Positions 1 through 10,301 of a stretch of 64,000 bases of DNA are shown in pieces. The notes beneath the pieces were generated by a model. That model was not told the DNA's origin, ran no database searches, and was given only the letters and a program-made list of their open reading frames with translations. The DNA lies in the NCBI RefSeq assembly GCF_002854065.1, contig NZ_CP024147.1; one strand, written 5' to 3'. Every line of letters begins with the position of its first letter. The stretch's first letter is position 1. Source of the stretch: Escherichia coli (GTDB taxonomy: Bacteria > Pseudomonadota > Gammaproteobacteria > Enterobacterales > Enterobacteriaceae). The position numbers and the translations under genes are program-made.

Positions 1-889
1 TAATGACCAGTGAGCCACACACCATCACTCCGGCGGAAATGGCTGCGTAATCCTGCTGGCGGATGGCGTTAATTAACCAGCGCCCTAAACCCGGCCAGCT
101 AAAAACCATTTCGGTGATCATCGCCAGCGTCAGCATGGTGGAAAACTGTAAGCCCAGGCGAGGAATAACCGGCGGTAACGCGTTATGCAGAACGTGGCGA
201 CGCAAAATAGTAAAGCGCGACAAACCGCGTGTCGCCGCCGCTTTTACATAGTTCTGGTCATACACTTCGATAGTGCTGATACGCATCAGGCGGATCACTT
301 CAGTTGTTGGCGCAACCGACAGGGTGATCACGGGCAATATCATATGGCGGATTGCGCTCATGATCATTTCATCCCGCCATGGTGAGTCCGAAAGCCAGGC
401 ATCAATCAACGCAAAACCGGTAATCGGTTTCACTTCGTAGAGCAGATCGAAACGCCCTGAAACGGGCAACCAACCTAGCGTGAGTGAACAAAACAGTGTC
501 AATAGAAGCGCCAGCCAGAACACCGGGATTGAAAAGCCCAGTAAGGCGATGGCGTTGATCAAGTTATCCTGCCACTTATGGCGCGTAATCCCGGCAATCA
601 TCCCCACGGGGATGCCAACAATCAGCGCAAAACCGAAGGCGAGGATGCACAGTTCCATCGTCGCCGGGAAGACCTCTTTTAACTGTTCGGCAATTGGTTG
701 ACCGTTAATGCTGGAAACACCAAAATCCCAGTGGATCAGGCCATTAAACCAGAACACCCAAGCATTCCACAGTGACGCGCCTTGTAACGGCGCGTGTGGA
801 GTGAAATAGCTCAAGCTGAAGCCAACGAAGGTCAGCAGGAACAAGGTGACAATCAATAACAAAATGCGGCGTAAGGTGAAGATAATCAT
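1..889 (-). CDS. sapB: Peptide ABC transporter permease SapB; start codon at 889, C-terminal ~25 codons lie beyond the window start
   Basis: Reverse-strand translation from ATG at 889 gives [24 protein letters not shown]..., a hydrophobic permease I recognise as SapB; start overlaps sapA stop (operon arrangement). Confidence 0.85.
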   Translation of the reverse strand, partial: MIIFTLRRILLLIVTLFLLTFVGFSLSYFTPHAPLQGASLWNAWVFWFNGLIHWDFGVSSINGQPIAEQLKEVFPATMELCILAFGFALIVGIPVGMIAGITRHKWQDNLINAIALLGFSIPVFWLALLLTLFCSLTLGWLPVSGRFDLLYEVKPITGFALIDAWLSDSPWRDEMIMSAIRHMILPVITLSVAPTTEVIRLMRISTIEVYDQNYVKAAATRGLSRFTILRRHVLHNALPPVIPRLGLQFSTMLTLAMITEMVFSWPGLGRWLINAIRQQDYAAISAGVMVCGSLVI

Positions 890-2529
890 GGTTTTTTCAC
901 CTCATCCTGTTTCTCGCGATACACCCCAGCAAAGGAGGCGTTACCAAACGGGCTAAGTACCAGACCTTTGATATCGTACCGATAGGCCTGCAAACGCAAT
1001 GACGACGCAAGCGGCAAAATGGGCAATTCCTGCGCCAGAATACTCTGCGCTTCGTCATAGGCTTCAATACGCGCCGCCAGCTGCTGCGAGGAGAGCGCCT
1101 TACGCAACACGCTGTCGAATTTCGGATCGCACCAGTGGGCGAGGTTGGTCTGTGAATGAATTGCCGCGCAGCTCAGTAACGGACGGAAGAAACTGTCCGG
1201 GTCGTTACTGTCCGTCGCCCAACCGGATAACGTCAGATCATGGCTCATATCCATCAACCGCGCCTCCTGAAAGCGACCTTCTATCGGCACAATCACCACT
1301 TTTACGCCAACCTGCGCCATATCCGCCTGAATCAGTTCGGCAGTTTTCAGTGGACTGGGGTTCCACGCCTGCGAACGTGTGGGCACCCACAGTTTCAGCG
1401 TTAAATTTTCCAGCCCCAACGACTTCAACTGTTCGCGCGATTTCGCCGGATTGTATTCAGTAATTTTAGCCTCGTTGTCATAGGCCCACGAGGCGCGCGG
1501 TAAAATAGAGGCCGCCGTTTCAGCCGTACCATAATAGATGGATTGCATCAGGCGCTGGTTATTAATCGCCAGTGCCAGCGCATGGCGGACAGCGGGATTA
1601 TTTAGCGGCGGTTTGGCGGTGTTAAATGCCAGATAGGCGACGTTCATCCCAGGACGCAGCGTTAAACGCAAGCGCGGGTCGTCACGCAAAATGGATAGCT
1701 GGCTGGCAGCAGGCCAGGCCAGAACGTCGCATTCACCAGTCAGGAGTTTCGACAGACGTCCGGTGCCGCCGGAGCCTAAATCCACCACTACCTGCGGCAT
1801 TAACGGTTTACCGCGCCAGAAGTCATCATGACGTTGTAGGCGAATAAATTGCCCGGCGCGGTATTCCGACAATTGATACGGACCGGTGCCGACCGGTTGA
1901 CGGTCGAGTTGCTCCTGGCGATCTTCTTTCTCTAACTTCCGGGCATATTCTGCCGACATGACCGAAGCATAATGGGTTGCGAGGTGCCACAAAAAAGAAG
2001 CATCCGGCTGGGCGAGTCGGAACTCAACGGTATGATTATCCAGTTTACGGACGCTTTTCACGTTATCGGCAAATTGCAGGCTGTCGAAGTAGGGGAAGTT
2101 GCTGCCGTTGACGTTATGCCACGGGTTGTTGCGGTCAAAAATTCGCTGGAAGGTAAACACCACATCGTCGGCATTCATTTTACGAGTGGGAGTAAACCAG
2201 TCGGTTTTTTGAAACGGAACATCGCGACGTAGGTGGAAGCGATAGGTCGCGCCGTTGTCGAGTACTTCCCAGCTTTCGGCAAGTTCTGGCATCAGGCGAT
2301 AGGTATAGGGATCGACATCCAGCAGTCGATCATAAAACTGGGCGGCAAGGGTATCGACAATTAACCCACTGCTCGCTTTGGATGGGTTAAAGGTGTTGAC
2401 TTGCCCGCTGACGCAATAGACAAAACCGCTGTCGCGGATATCAGCATGCGGGGGGGATTCAGGCGCGGCGATTGCCTGACCACTCACAAGTCCAGCAATC
2501 ACCAAAAGAGACGATAATACCTGGCGCAT
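886..2529 (-). CDS. sapA: Periplasmic peptide-binding protein SapA
   Basis: ORF track 547 aa with N-terminal signal peptide ([21 protein letters not shown]); length and sequence match my recall of K-12 SapA; sapB follows. Confidence 0.93.
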   Translation of the reverse strand: MRQVLSSLLVIAGLVSGQAIAAPESPPHADIRDSGFVYCVSGQVNTFNPSKASSGLIVDTLAAQFYDRLLDVDPYTYRLMPELAESWEVLDNGATYRFHLRRDVPFQKTDWFTPTRKMNADDVVFTFQRIFDRNNPWHNVNGSNFPYFDSLQFADNVKSVRKLDNHTVEFRLAQPDASFLWHLATHYASVMSAEYARKLEKEDRQEQLDRQPVGTGPYQLSEYRAGQFIRLQRHDDFWRGKPLMPQVVVDLGSGGTGRLSKLLTGECDVLAWPAASQLSILRDDPRLRLTLRPGMNVAYLAFNTAKPPLNNPAVRHALALAINNQRLMQSIYYGTAETAASILPRASWAYDNEAKITEYNPAKSREQLKSLGLENLTLKLWVPTRSQAWNPSPLKTAELIQADMAQVGVKVVIVPIEGRFQEARLMDMSHDLTLSGWATDSNDPDSFFRPLLSCAAIHSQTNLAHWCDPKFDSVLRKALSSQQLAARIEAYDEAQSILAQELPILPLASSLRLQAYRYDIKGLVLSPFGNASFAGVYREKQDEVKKP

Positions 2530-2840
2530 AATATTAAGGGATTTTATGTAAAGAGGCTATCTTACTAATATTTAATGACATTTGCCATTACCGTTTGTGT
2601 TCAGGGGTCGTAATGAGGGCCGTGTGGTTGGTCGTTGAACAGATGGCGTCGCCATCTGTTCAACATTCGTACCCGTGATTTCTCTATAACTATAACTCAC
2701 AGAACAACTTAGCGAGGAGCAGAGCGGTACGATCGTGAGAAACCCATTAAAGCACGCTGCAATGCGTGTCATTTTAACCGGATGCAGCGTGAACGCTTTA
2801 TCCGGGTAACGATACTGACCGATCGTCTGCAATTAAATAA

Positions 2841-3086
2841 TTACTCATTACCCCATTGATTCAAAAACTCTGCGATCTCATCAATGCGTACGGGATTAAT
2901 CCCCGCTTCAGCAGCCATTTCATGTTGGGCTTCTTCGCTGATCTCTTCATTGTTCATCAAACGGGTGAGCAGTAACTGGAAGTAGTGGGCCAGCGGTGTG
3001 CGTTCAGCCTCTGCGACAGGCTCTGCGCATTCGGTCGCGTACTCATCGGCAATATCAAAATATTTTAGCGGGATATCGTGGTTCAT
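2841..3086 (-). CDS. ymjA: Small conserved protein YmjA (DUF2543)
   Basis: ORF track 81 aa; position between sapA and puuP as in K-12; sequence recognised. Confidence 0.8.
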
Positions 3087-3171
3087 TATTTGCCCCTGGG
3101 GTTAATGCGCTAAGCATAAGGGCGGATGATAGCACTCGTGATCCGGGTCATACATCTTTTTATAGTTAATG

Positions 3172-3211
3172 GCGCGGCGCATTACCCTCAGGCAGGATAA
3201 TGCGCCGCGCA
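3172..3211 (-). terminator. Perfect 13-bp inverted repeat (gcgcggcgcatta / taatgcgccgcgc) just downstream of puuP stop; putative terminator
   Basis: Palindrome read directly; no strong U-tract follows, so terminator function is uncertain. Confidence 0.35.
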
Positions 3212-3219
3212 TCCGACTA

Positions 3220-4605
3220 TTACGTTTCGCTCACTGGCGTTCTGTCACCTTCGTACAGCGGCACTTTGCGATAGCGGCGGATCAGATACCACAAATATGC
3301 GCCGCCTAACGAAGCCCATACCAGACCGAGTGTCAGTGACGTTGACTCGAGGTTAACCCACAGCACACCCACCGTCAGCGCGCCAACCAGCGGCATCAGC
3401 AAATAGTGGAAGTGATCCTTCCAGCTTTTATTCATTCCTTTGCGCCGCCAGAAATGATTAAACACCGACAGATTCACGAAGGTAAACGCCACCAGAGCAC
3501 CGAAGTTAATTAACGCTGTGGCGGTAACTAAATCGAAGAACAGCGCCGACAACGCGACAATCCCGACCATAATGACGTTCAGTGCCGGAGTCCGCCATTT
3601 TGGGTGCACATAGCCAAACACGCGCTCCGGAAACACATTGTCACGCCCCATCACATACAGCAGACGCGACACGCTGGCATGTGAAGCCAGGCCAGAGGCT
3701 AACGTGTTCACAAACGTGGTGCAGAGGAAAATCGACTGGAAGAGCTTGCCGCCGACGTACAGCGCAATTTCAGGCAGTGCGGCGTCCGGGTCTTTAAAGC
3801 GGCTGATATCGGGGAAGAACAGCTGCATAAAGAACGACGCCGCGATAAAGATAACGCCACCATAGACCGCCGTCAGGAAGATGGCTTTCGGGATCACGCG
3901 TGCGGCGTCTGGTGTCTCTTCCGAAAGTGTGGTCACCGCATCGAAACCAAGGAAAGAGAAGCAGACGATCGTCGCCCCGGTAATAATCGGAATCAGATGC
4001 GCGTTCTCGCTGATAAACGGCTGAAGTGACCAGACGGTGCCAACGCCTTCTCCTTTATGCAGTCCCTGAACCACCAGGAAGATAAACACCACCATGATGG
4101 AGATTTGCACCAGTACAAACAGGGTATTGAAGTTAGCGACCAGGTTGACGCTCTTCAGATTCGCGGCGGTTAAAATGGCGACGAAGGTTACCACCCACAC
4201 CCACGGCGGCACTTCCGGGAAGAGGGCGGAGAGATAGATTTTCGCCAACAAAACGTTGATCATCGGCAAAAAGAGATAATCCAGCAGTGATGACCAGCCG
4301 ACCATAAATCCGACGTGCGGGTTAATCGACTTTTGCGCGTAGGTATAGGCCGAACCGGCCTCCGGAAACTGGCGAACCAGTTTGCCGTAGCTGATAGCGG
4401 TAAACAGCACGCCCGCCAGCGCCAGCAAATAGGACGCCGGAACGTGACCGTCGCTAATGCCGGAGACAATACCAAAAGTATCAAATACGGTCATCGGCGT
4501 GAGATAGGCCAGACCCATCATCACCACCTGCCACAATTTCAGTGATTTTCGCAGACGGGTTTTGCCGGGTTGCGCGGCAATATTCAGTGGTGAATTAATA
4601 GCCAT
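3220..4605 (-). CDS. puuP: Putrescine importer PuuP (amino acid/polyamine permease)
   Basis: ORF track 3220..4659; start trimmed to Met giving 461 aa ([12 protein letters not shown]...), the K-12 PuuP length; multi-pass membrane protein. Confidence 0.9.
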   Translation of the reverse strand: MAINSPLNIAAQPGKTRLRKSLKLWQVVMMGLAYLTPMTVFDTFGIVSGISDGHVPASYLLALAGVLFTAISYGKLVRQFPEAGSAYTYAQKSINPHVGFMVGWSSLLDYLFLPMINVLLAKIYLSALFPEVPPWVWVVTFVAILTAANLKSVNLVANFNTLFVLVQISIMVVFIFLVVQGLHKGEGVGTVWSLQPFISENAHLIPIITGATIVCFSFLGFDAVTTLSEETPDAARVIPKAIFLTAVYGGVIFIAASFFMQLFFPDISRFKDPDAALPEIALYVGGKLFQSIFLCTTFVNTLASGLASHASVSRLLYVMGRDNVFPERVFGYVHPKWRTPALNVIMVGIVALSALFFDLVTATALINFGALVAFTFVNLSVFNHFWRRKGMNKSWKDHFHYLLMPLVGALTVGVLWVNLESTSLTLGLVWASLGGAYLWYLIRRYRKVPLYEGDRTPVSET

Positions 4606-4907
4606 AATTGCTGCCTCCCCTGCGTAATAAGGTTTGCGGTCGTGTCGACCTGAAATCAAACCTGTTTAGCAAGGGAAGCAAAGGGGGCGGAGTCCAGTCA
4701 GTCGCAGGAGGGGCGCATACGCAGCCTCCCTCGCCATGCGGGGATTTAATCATCGGCATCATCTCATTTCCTCGTCACAGTCTTAATCGTTAACGGAAGC
4801 CCGTTGCCGCCTGCGCTCCATAACGCGACATCCGGGAAATGTCTGGATTACCAGCAAATGTCAGGCCTGGCTCCGCTCAGGCCGATGAAACAACCCCGCA
4901 AGGGGTA

Positions 4908-6308
4908 TTACGCGTTTTTCAACATCCACTCAATTTCTGTTTCTGTGATGAGGCGCTCAAACTGCAACAGCTCATCATTTTTACAGGCGTGATACACATG
5001 GCAAAACCGTTCGCCTAAATAGCGGCGCAGGTGATCATTCTCGATAAACTCACCCAGGGCATCGCTCTGGCGAATCGGGAAGGGTAAGCCATCCTGTTCC
5101 AGCCCGTTGCCTTCGACTTCTTCCTGCAACGGCAGCTCGTTATCAAGACCGTGCAAAATACCGGCAAAAATCGCTGCCATCACCAGATATGGGTTGGCAT
5201 CGGCACCCGCCACGCGATATTCCACGCGGTGATTATGGCGATCGCCGCATGGAATACGCAGGGCGACGGTACGGTTATTATGGCCCCACGACGCCTGCGT
5301 CGGTACATACATACCTGGCTGGAAGCGGCGATACGAGTTCACGTTTGGTGCCAGCAACGCCATTGATGACGGCATCAGGTCAATCATCCCGGCGAGCATC
5401 TTTTTCAGCAGCGGCGAATCTTCGCCTTCTGTGTCAGAAAGCACGTTCTCGCCACGATTATTTTGCATACTGATATGGATATGCATTCCGCTGCCCGCGT
5501 GCTCTTCATACGGCTTCGCCATAAAAGTGGCGTGCATCTTATGCTTTTCTGCCATCAGACGCACCAGGCGTTTTAGTGCCAGCGCATCATCGCAGGCTTC
5601 CAGCACGTTATCAGTATGGTAAAGGTTGATTTCAAACTGACCCGGCGAGGCCTCAGCGACCGCGCCATCTGCCGGAATCAGCTGTAACTGCGCCAGTTCA
5701 TCAATATCATTGAGCACGTCGGCGAAGTGGTTGAGGTTATCAACGGAGTAAACCTGGCTTTGTGTATTGCGGTCATCAGTGCCGGGCGCGCAGGGCGGTT
5801 GCAGATACCCTTCAGCGTCGCGCTGGCGATCCAGTAAATAGAACTCCAGCTCTACCGCTACGACCGGGAACAATCCGCGCTGGCGCAGCTGCTGCCACAG
5901 GCGGTTAAGAACGTTCCGCGGCTCAACGTCAAAGGGAGCGCCATCTTCATCGACCATGGTCAGGAGCATCTGACCGATAAACTCTGGATCGGCGGCAGAA
6001 GGGGTTAAGGAACCGAGAACAGGAACACAGGTACGATCCGGCTCGCCCATTTCCTGACCCAGACCTGCTTCTTCTACTACGTTGCCCAGAATATCCATTG
6101 CAAATACCGAGGCCGGGAAATAACACCCTTTCTCGAGCTTCTTCAGGCTTGAAACAGGAATACGTTTTCCACGGAAGCAACCATTCAAATCGGTAAGTAA
6201 AACATCAACATATTGCGTATTCGGGTAGCGCTCCAGGTAGCGTTTCACTTCCTGCGTAAAGGCGCTACCCCGCCTCTCTTCTGACTGCTGAACAAAGTTC
6301 TCTACTTC
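4908..6308 (-). pseudogene. puuA: Gamma-glutamylputrescine synthetase puuA, body of the gene, separated from its first 9 codons by IS1
   Basis: ORF track 4908..6248 (446 aa, glutamine-synthetase-like); in-frame upstream codons ...VENFVQQSEERRGSAFTQEVKRY run to the IS1 end at 6309; native N-terminus is on the other side of IS1. Confidence 0.85.
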
Positions 6309-6323
6309 GGTAATGACTCCAAC

Positions 6324-6827
6324 TTATTGATAGTGTTTTATGTTCAGATAATGCCCGATGACTTTGTCATGCAGCTCCACCGATTTTGAGAACGACAGCG
6401 ACTTCCGTCCCAGCCGTGCCAGGTGCTGCCTCAGATTCAGGTTATGCCGCTCAATTCGCTGCGTATATCGCTTGCTGATTACGTGCAGCTTTCCCTTCAG
6501 GCGGGATTCATACAGCGGCCAGCCATCCGTCATCCATATCACCACGTCAAAGGGTGACAGCAGGCTCATAAGACGCCCCAGCGTCGCCATAGTGCGTTCA
6601 CCGAATACGTGCGCAACAACCGTCTTCCGGAGCCTGTCATACGCGTAAAACAGCCAGCGCTGGCGCGATTTAGCCCCGACGTATCCCCACTGTTCGTCCA
6701 TTTCCGCGCAGACGATGACGTCACTGCCCGGCTGTATGCGCGAGGTTACCGACTGCGGCCTGAGTTTTTTAAATGGCGGAAAATCGTGTTGAGGCCAACG
6801 CCCATAATGCGGGCGGTTGCCCGGCAT
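6324..6827 (-). CDS. insB: IS1 InsB (expressed as InsAB-prime transposase by -1 frameshift)
   Basis: ORF track 167 aa recognised as IS1 InsB; overlaps insA in the -1 frame. Confidence 0.9.
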   Translation of the reverse strand: MPGNRPHYGRWPQHDFPPFKKLRPQSVTSRIQPGSDVIVCAEMDEQWGYVGAKSRQRWLFYAYDRLRKTVVAHVFGERTMATLGRLMSLLSPFDVVIWMTDGWPLYESRLKGKLHVISKRYTQRIERHNLNLRQHLARLGRKSLSFSKSVELHDKVIGHYLNIKHYQ

Positions 6828-7021
6828 CCAACGCCATTCATGGCCATATCAATGATTTTCTGGTGCGTACCGGGTTGAGAAGCGGTGTAAGTGAACTGCA
6901 GTTGCCATGTTTTACGGCAGTGAGAGCAGAGATAGCGCTGATGTCCGGCAGTGCTTTTGCCGTTACGCACCACCCCGTCAGTAGCTGAACAGGAGGGACA
7001 GCTGATAGAAACAGAAGCCAC
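6746..7021 (-). CDS. insA: IS1 InsA
   Basis: ORF track 91 aa [43 protein letters not shown]... recognised as IS1 InsA. Confidence 0.92.
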   Translation of the reverse strand: MASVSISCPSCSATDGVVRNGKSTAGHQRYLCSHCRKTWQLQFTYTASQPGTHQKIIDMAMNGVGCRATARIMGVGLNTIFRHLKNSGRSR

Positions 7022-7076
7022 TGGAGCACCTCAAAAACACCATCATACACTAAATCAGTAAGTTGGCAGCATCACC

Positions 7077-7103
7077 CTCTACTTCAACGATATTGGTTTC
7101 CAT
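7077..7103 (-). pseudogene. puuA: puuA 5-prime fragment: start codon plus first 9 codons (METNIVEVE) stranded upstream of IS1
   Basis: Reverse translation from ATG at 7103 gives METNIVEVE then the IS1 end; the same VE(N) codons resume at 6308, consistent with a 9-bp target duplication. Confidence 0.8.
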
Positions 7104-7314
7104 GATTCTTCGCCTTTGGTTTGTTTTCCGCTCGTTATCAAAGCGTAAAATATAATGACCACCATTCGAATCTGTATGCAAACTAAATGTTTGTCAAATG
7201 TTAAATTGAGTTTGCAAAAATGAAAACTCACTGCTAGATTGAAAAAATATTGAACATAAAGGTCATTTAAACCGCAGTAATGGCGATAATTTAGTCCACT
7301 TTGTGAGATTGAGC
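7104..7314. promoter_or_regulatory. puuA / puuD divergent control region with two similar A/T-rich motifs (AAAATATAATGACC 7147-7160; AAAAATATTGAACATA 7243-7258); candidate PuuR operators
   Basis: Motifs read directly; assignment to PuuR is inference from location only. Confidence 0.3.
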
Positions 7315-8079
7315 ATGGAAAATATAATGAACAATCCGGTTATCGGTGTCGTAATGTGCAGGAACAGGCTTAAGGGTCATGCGACCCAGACTCTGCAAGA
7401 AAAGTACCTGAATGCCATCATCCATGCAGGCGGCTTGCCAATTGCGCTGCCACATGCGCTGGCGGAACCGTCGTTACTTGAACAACTTTTGCCGAAACTC
7501 GATGGCATTTACCTTCCTGGTAGTCCCAGCAATGTGCAGCCGCACCTATATGGTGAAAACGGCGATGAGCCTGACGCCGATCCCGGGCGTGATCTTCTGA
7601 GCATGGCGTTAATTAATGCCGCACTCGAAAGGCGCATCCCCATTTTCGCCATCTGCCGGGGTTTACAGGAACTGGTGGTGGCAACCGGTGGTTCGTTGCA
7701 TCGCAAGCTGTGCGAACAGCCTGAATTGCTGGAACATCGGGAAGATCCCGAACTGCCGGTGGAACAGCAATATGCACCGTCGCATGAAGTTCAGGTTGAA
7801 GAGGGGGGATTGCTGTCTGCGTTGTTACCTGAATGTAGCAACTTTTGGGTAAACTCTCTGCATGGACAAGGGGCAAAGGTCGTTAGCCCACGGTTGCGTG
7901 TTGAAGCTCGCTCGCCGGATGGCTTAGTTGAGGCGGTTAGCGTCATCAATCATCCTTTTGCGCTGGGCGTACAGTGGCACCCGGAATGGAACAGTAGCGA
8001 GTACGCGCTTTCGCGTATATTGTTCGAGGGCTTTATCACCGCTTGTCAGCACCATATCGCTGAAAAACAGCGACTCTGA
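7315..8079 (+). CDS. puuD: Gamma-glutamyl-GABA hydrolase PuuD (class I glutamine amidotransferase-like)
   Basis: ORF track 7303..8079; start trimmed to MENIMNNPVIG giving 254 aa, the K-12 length. Confidence 0.9.
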   Translation: MENIMNNPVIGVVMCRNRLKGHATQTLQEKYLNAIIHAGGLPIALPHALAEPSLLEQLLPKLDGIYLPGSPSNVQPHLYGENGDEPDADPGRDLLSMALINAALERRIPIFAICRGLQELVVATGGSLHRKLCEQPELLEHREDPELPVEQQYAPSHEVQVEEGGLLSALLPECSNFWVNSLHGQGAKVVSPRLRVEARSPDGLVEAVSVINHPFALGVQWHPEWNSSEYALSRILFEGFITACQHHIAEKQRL

Positions 8080-8105
8080 CCACTACAGTTTAAGGAAATG
8101 CAAAT

Positions 8106-8663
8106 ATGAGTGATGAGGGACTGGCGCCAGGAAAACGCTTGTCGGAAATCCGCCAGCAGCAGGGGCTTTCACAACGTCGTGCCGCCGAACTCTCCGGGCT
8201 GACTCACAGTGCTATCAGTACGATAGAACAAGATAAAGTCAGCCCTGCCATCAGTACGCTGCAAAAGCTGCTGAAGGTGTATGGTCTGTCACTCTCGGAA
8301 TTCTTTTCCGAGCCGGAAAAACCTGATGAGCCGCAGGTCGTCATTAATCAGGACGATTTAATTGAGATGGGCAATCAGGGTGTGTCAATGAAGCTGGTTC
8401 ATAACGGTAAGCCGAATCGCACGCTGGCGATGATCTTTGAAACGTACCAGCCGGGCACAACCACTGGGGAAAGAATTAAGCATCAGGGTGAGGAAATAGG
8501 CACTGTACTGGAAGGTGAAATTGTTCTGACGATTAATGGTCAGGATTACCACCTCGTCGCGGGGCAAAGTTATGCCATTAATACCGGCATCCCGCACAGT
8601 TTCAGTAATACGTCGGCAGGTATTTGCCGAATTATCAGCGCCCATACGCCCACCACGTTTTAA
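8106..8663 (+). CDS. puuR: HTH-cupin transcriptional repressor PuuR
   Basis: ORF track 185 aa; XRE-type HTH (LSQRRAAELSGLTHSAISTIE) plus C-terminal cupin; synteny. Confidence 0.9.
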   Translation: MSDEGLAPGKRLSEIRQQQGLSQRRAAELSGLTHSAISTIEQDKVSPAISTLQKLLKVYGLSLSEFFSEPEKPDEPQVVINQDDLIEMGNQGVSMKLVHNGKPNRTLAMIFETYQPGTTTGERIKHQGEEIGTVLEGEIVLTINGQDYHLVAGQSYAINTGIPHSFSNTSAGICRIISAHTPTTF

Positions 8664-8812
8664 TCTTTTTGTTCTGTAAGCCGGGTAAGCGCAATGCGCC
8701 CGGCAATCCATAAAGAATGTCGCCAGAAATAAACGGGCATACGGCCCGGGGATCTCTGCGCCCTGACGTTCACAAACTGCATATATCTGATAGACGTGAA
8801 ACAGGAGTCATA

Positions 8813-10300
8813 ATGAATTTTCATCATCTGGCTTACTGGCAGGATAAAGCGTTAAGTCTCGCCATTGAAACCCGCTTATTTATTAACGGTGAATATACTG
8901 CTGCGGCGGAAAATGAAACCTTCGAAACATCCGATCCGGTTACCCAGGCACCGCTGGCGAAAATTGCCCGCGGCAAGAGCGTCGATATCGACCGTGCGGT
9001 GAGCGCAGCACGCGGCGTATTTGAACGCGGCGACTGGTCACTCTCTTCTCCGGCTAAACGTAAAGCGGTACTGAATAAACTCGCCGATTTAATGGAAGCC
9101 AACGCCGAAGAGCTGGCACTGCTGGAAACTCTCGACACCGGCAAACCGATTCGTCACAGTCTGCGTGATGATATTCCCGGCGCGGCGCGCGCCATTCGCT
9201 GGTACGCCGAAGCGATCGACAAAGTGTATGGCGAAGTGGCGACCACCAGTAGCCATGAGCTGGCGATGATCGTGCGTGAACCGGTCGGCGTAATTGCCGC
9301 CATCGTGCCGTGGAACTTCCCGCTGCTGCTGACTTGCTGGAAACTCGGCCCGGCGCTGGCGGCGGGAAACAGCGTGATTCTAAAACCGTCTGAAAAATCA
9401 CCGCTCAGTGCGATTCGTCTCGCCGGGCTGGCGAAAGAAGCAGGTCTGCCGGATGGCGTACTGAACGTAGTAACGGGTTTTGGTCATGAAGCGGGGCAGG
9501 CGCTGTCGCGTCATAACGATATCGATGCCATCGCCTTTACCGGTTCAACCCGTACCGGGAAACAGCTGCTGAAAGATGCGGGCGACAGCAACATGAAACG
9601 CGTCTGGCTGGAAGCGGGCGGCAAAAGCGCCAACATCGTTTTCGCTGACTGCCCGGATTTGCAACAGGCGGCAAGCGCCACCGCAGCAGGCATCTTCTAC
9701 AACCAGGGTCAGGTGTGCATCGCCGGAACGCGCCTGTTGCTGGAAGAGAGCATAGCTGATGAATTCTTAGCCCTGTTAAAACAGCAGGCGCAAAACTGGC
9801 AGCCGGGCCATCCACTTGATCCCGCAACCACCATGGGCACCTTAATCGACTGCGCCCACGCCGACTCGGTCCATAGCTTTATTCGGGAAGGCGAAAGCAA
9901 AGGGCAACTGTTGTTGGATGGCCGTAACGCCGGGCTGGCTGCCGCCATCGGCCCGACCATCTTTGTGGATGTAGACCCGAATGCGTCCTTAAGCCGCGAA
10001 GAGATTTTCGGTCCGGTGCTGGTTGTCACGCGTTTCACATCAGAAGAACAGGCGCTACAGCTTGCCAACGACAGCCAGTACGGCCTTGGCGCGGCGGTAT
10101 GGACGCGCGACCTCTCCCGCGCGCACCGCCTGAGCCGACGCCTGAAAGCCGGTTCCGTCTTCGTCAATAACTACAACGACGGCGATATGACCGTGCCGTT
10201 TGGCGGCTATAAGCAGAGCGGCAACGGTCGCGACAAATCCCTGCATGCCCTTGAAAAATTCACCGAACTGAAAACCATCTGGATAAGCCTGGAGGCCTGA
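8813..10300 (+). CDS. puuC: Gamma-glutamyl-gamma-aminobutyraldehyde dehydrogenase PuuC
   Basis: ORF track 8717..10300; start trimmed to MNFHHLAYWQDKA (495 aa); aldehyde dehydrogenase family. Confidence 0.9.
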   Translation: MNFHHLAYWQDKALSLAIETRLFINGEYTAAAENETFETSDPVTQAPLAKIARGKSVDIDRAVSAARGVFERGDWSLSSPAKRKAVLNKLADLMEANAEELALLETLDTGKPIRHSLRDDIPGAARAIRWYAEAIDKVYGEVATTSSHELAMIVREPVGVIAAIVPWNFPLLLTCWKLGPALAAGNSVILKPSEKSPLSAIRLAGLAKEAGLPDGVLNVVTGFGHEAGQALSRHNDIDAIAFTGSTRTGKQLLKDAGDSNMKRVWLEAGGKSANIVFADCPDLQQAASATAAGIFYNQGQVCIAGTRLLLEESIADEFLALLKQQAQNWQPGHPLDPATTMGTLIDCAHADSVHSFIREGESKGQLLLDGRNAGLAAAIGPTIFVDVDPNASLSREEIFGPVLVVTRFTSEEQALQLANDSQYGLGAAVWTRDLSRAHRLSRRLKAGSVFVNNYNDGDMTVPFGGYKQSGNGRDKSLHALEKFTELKTIWISLEA

Positions 10301-10301
10301 A

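Larger units (their letters stand above)
6309..7076 (-). mobile_element. IS1 (768 bp), copy 1, inserted in puuA with 9-bp target duplication CTCTACTTC
   Basis: Terminal inverted repeats GGTAATGACTCCAACTTATTGAT (6309-6331) and ATCAGTAAGTTGGCAGCATCACC (7054-7076); direct repeats ctctacttc at 6300-6308 and 7077-7085; insA/insB ORFs inside. Confidence 0.97.

Noticed and set aside
2572-2832. 86-aa minus-strand ORF in the sapA-ymjA intergenic region
   Set aside because: Overlaps the expected sap promoter region, has no recognisable domain, and I recall no gene at this position in K-12; likely spurious.
6358-6988. Opposite-strand ORFs inside IS1 (for example 6358..6648 and 6609..6878, and equivalents in copies 2 and 3)
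   Set aside because: Antisense to insA/insB within a well-characterised 768-bp element whose only established products are InsA and InsAB-prime.
9054-10167. Minus-strand ORFs of 100-150 aa within puuC
   Set aside because: Antisense to a recognisable aldehyde dehydrogenase; GC-rich coding regions commonly give such open frames.
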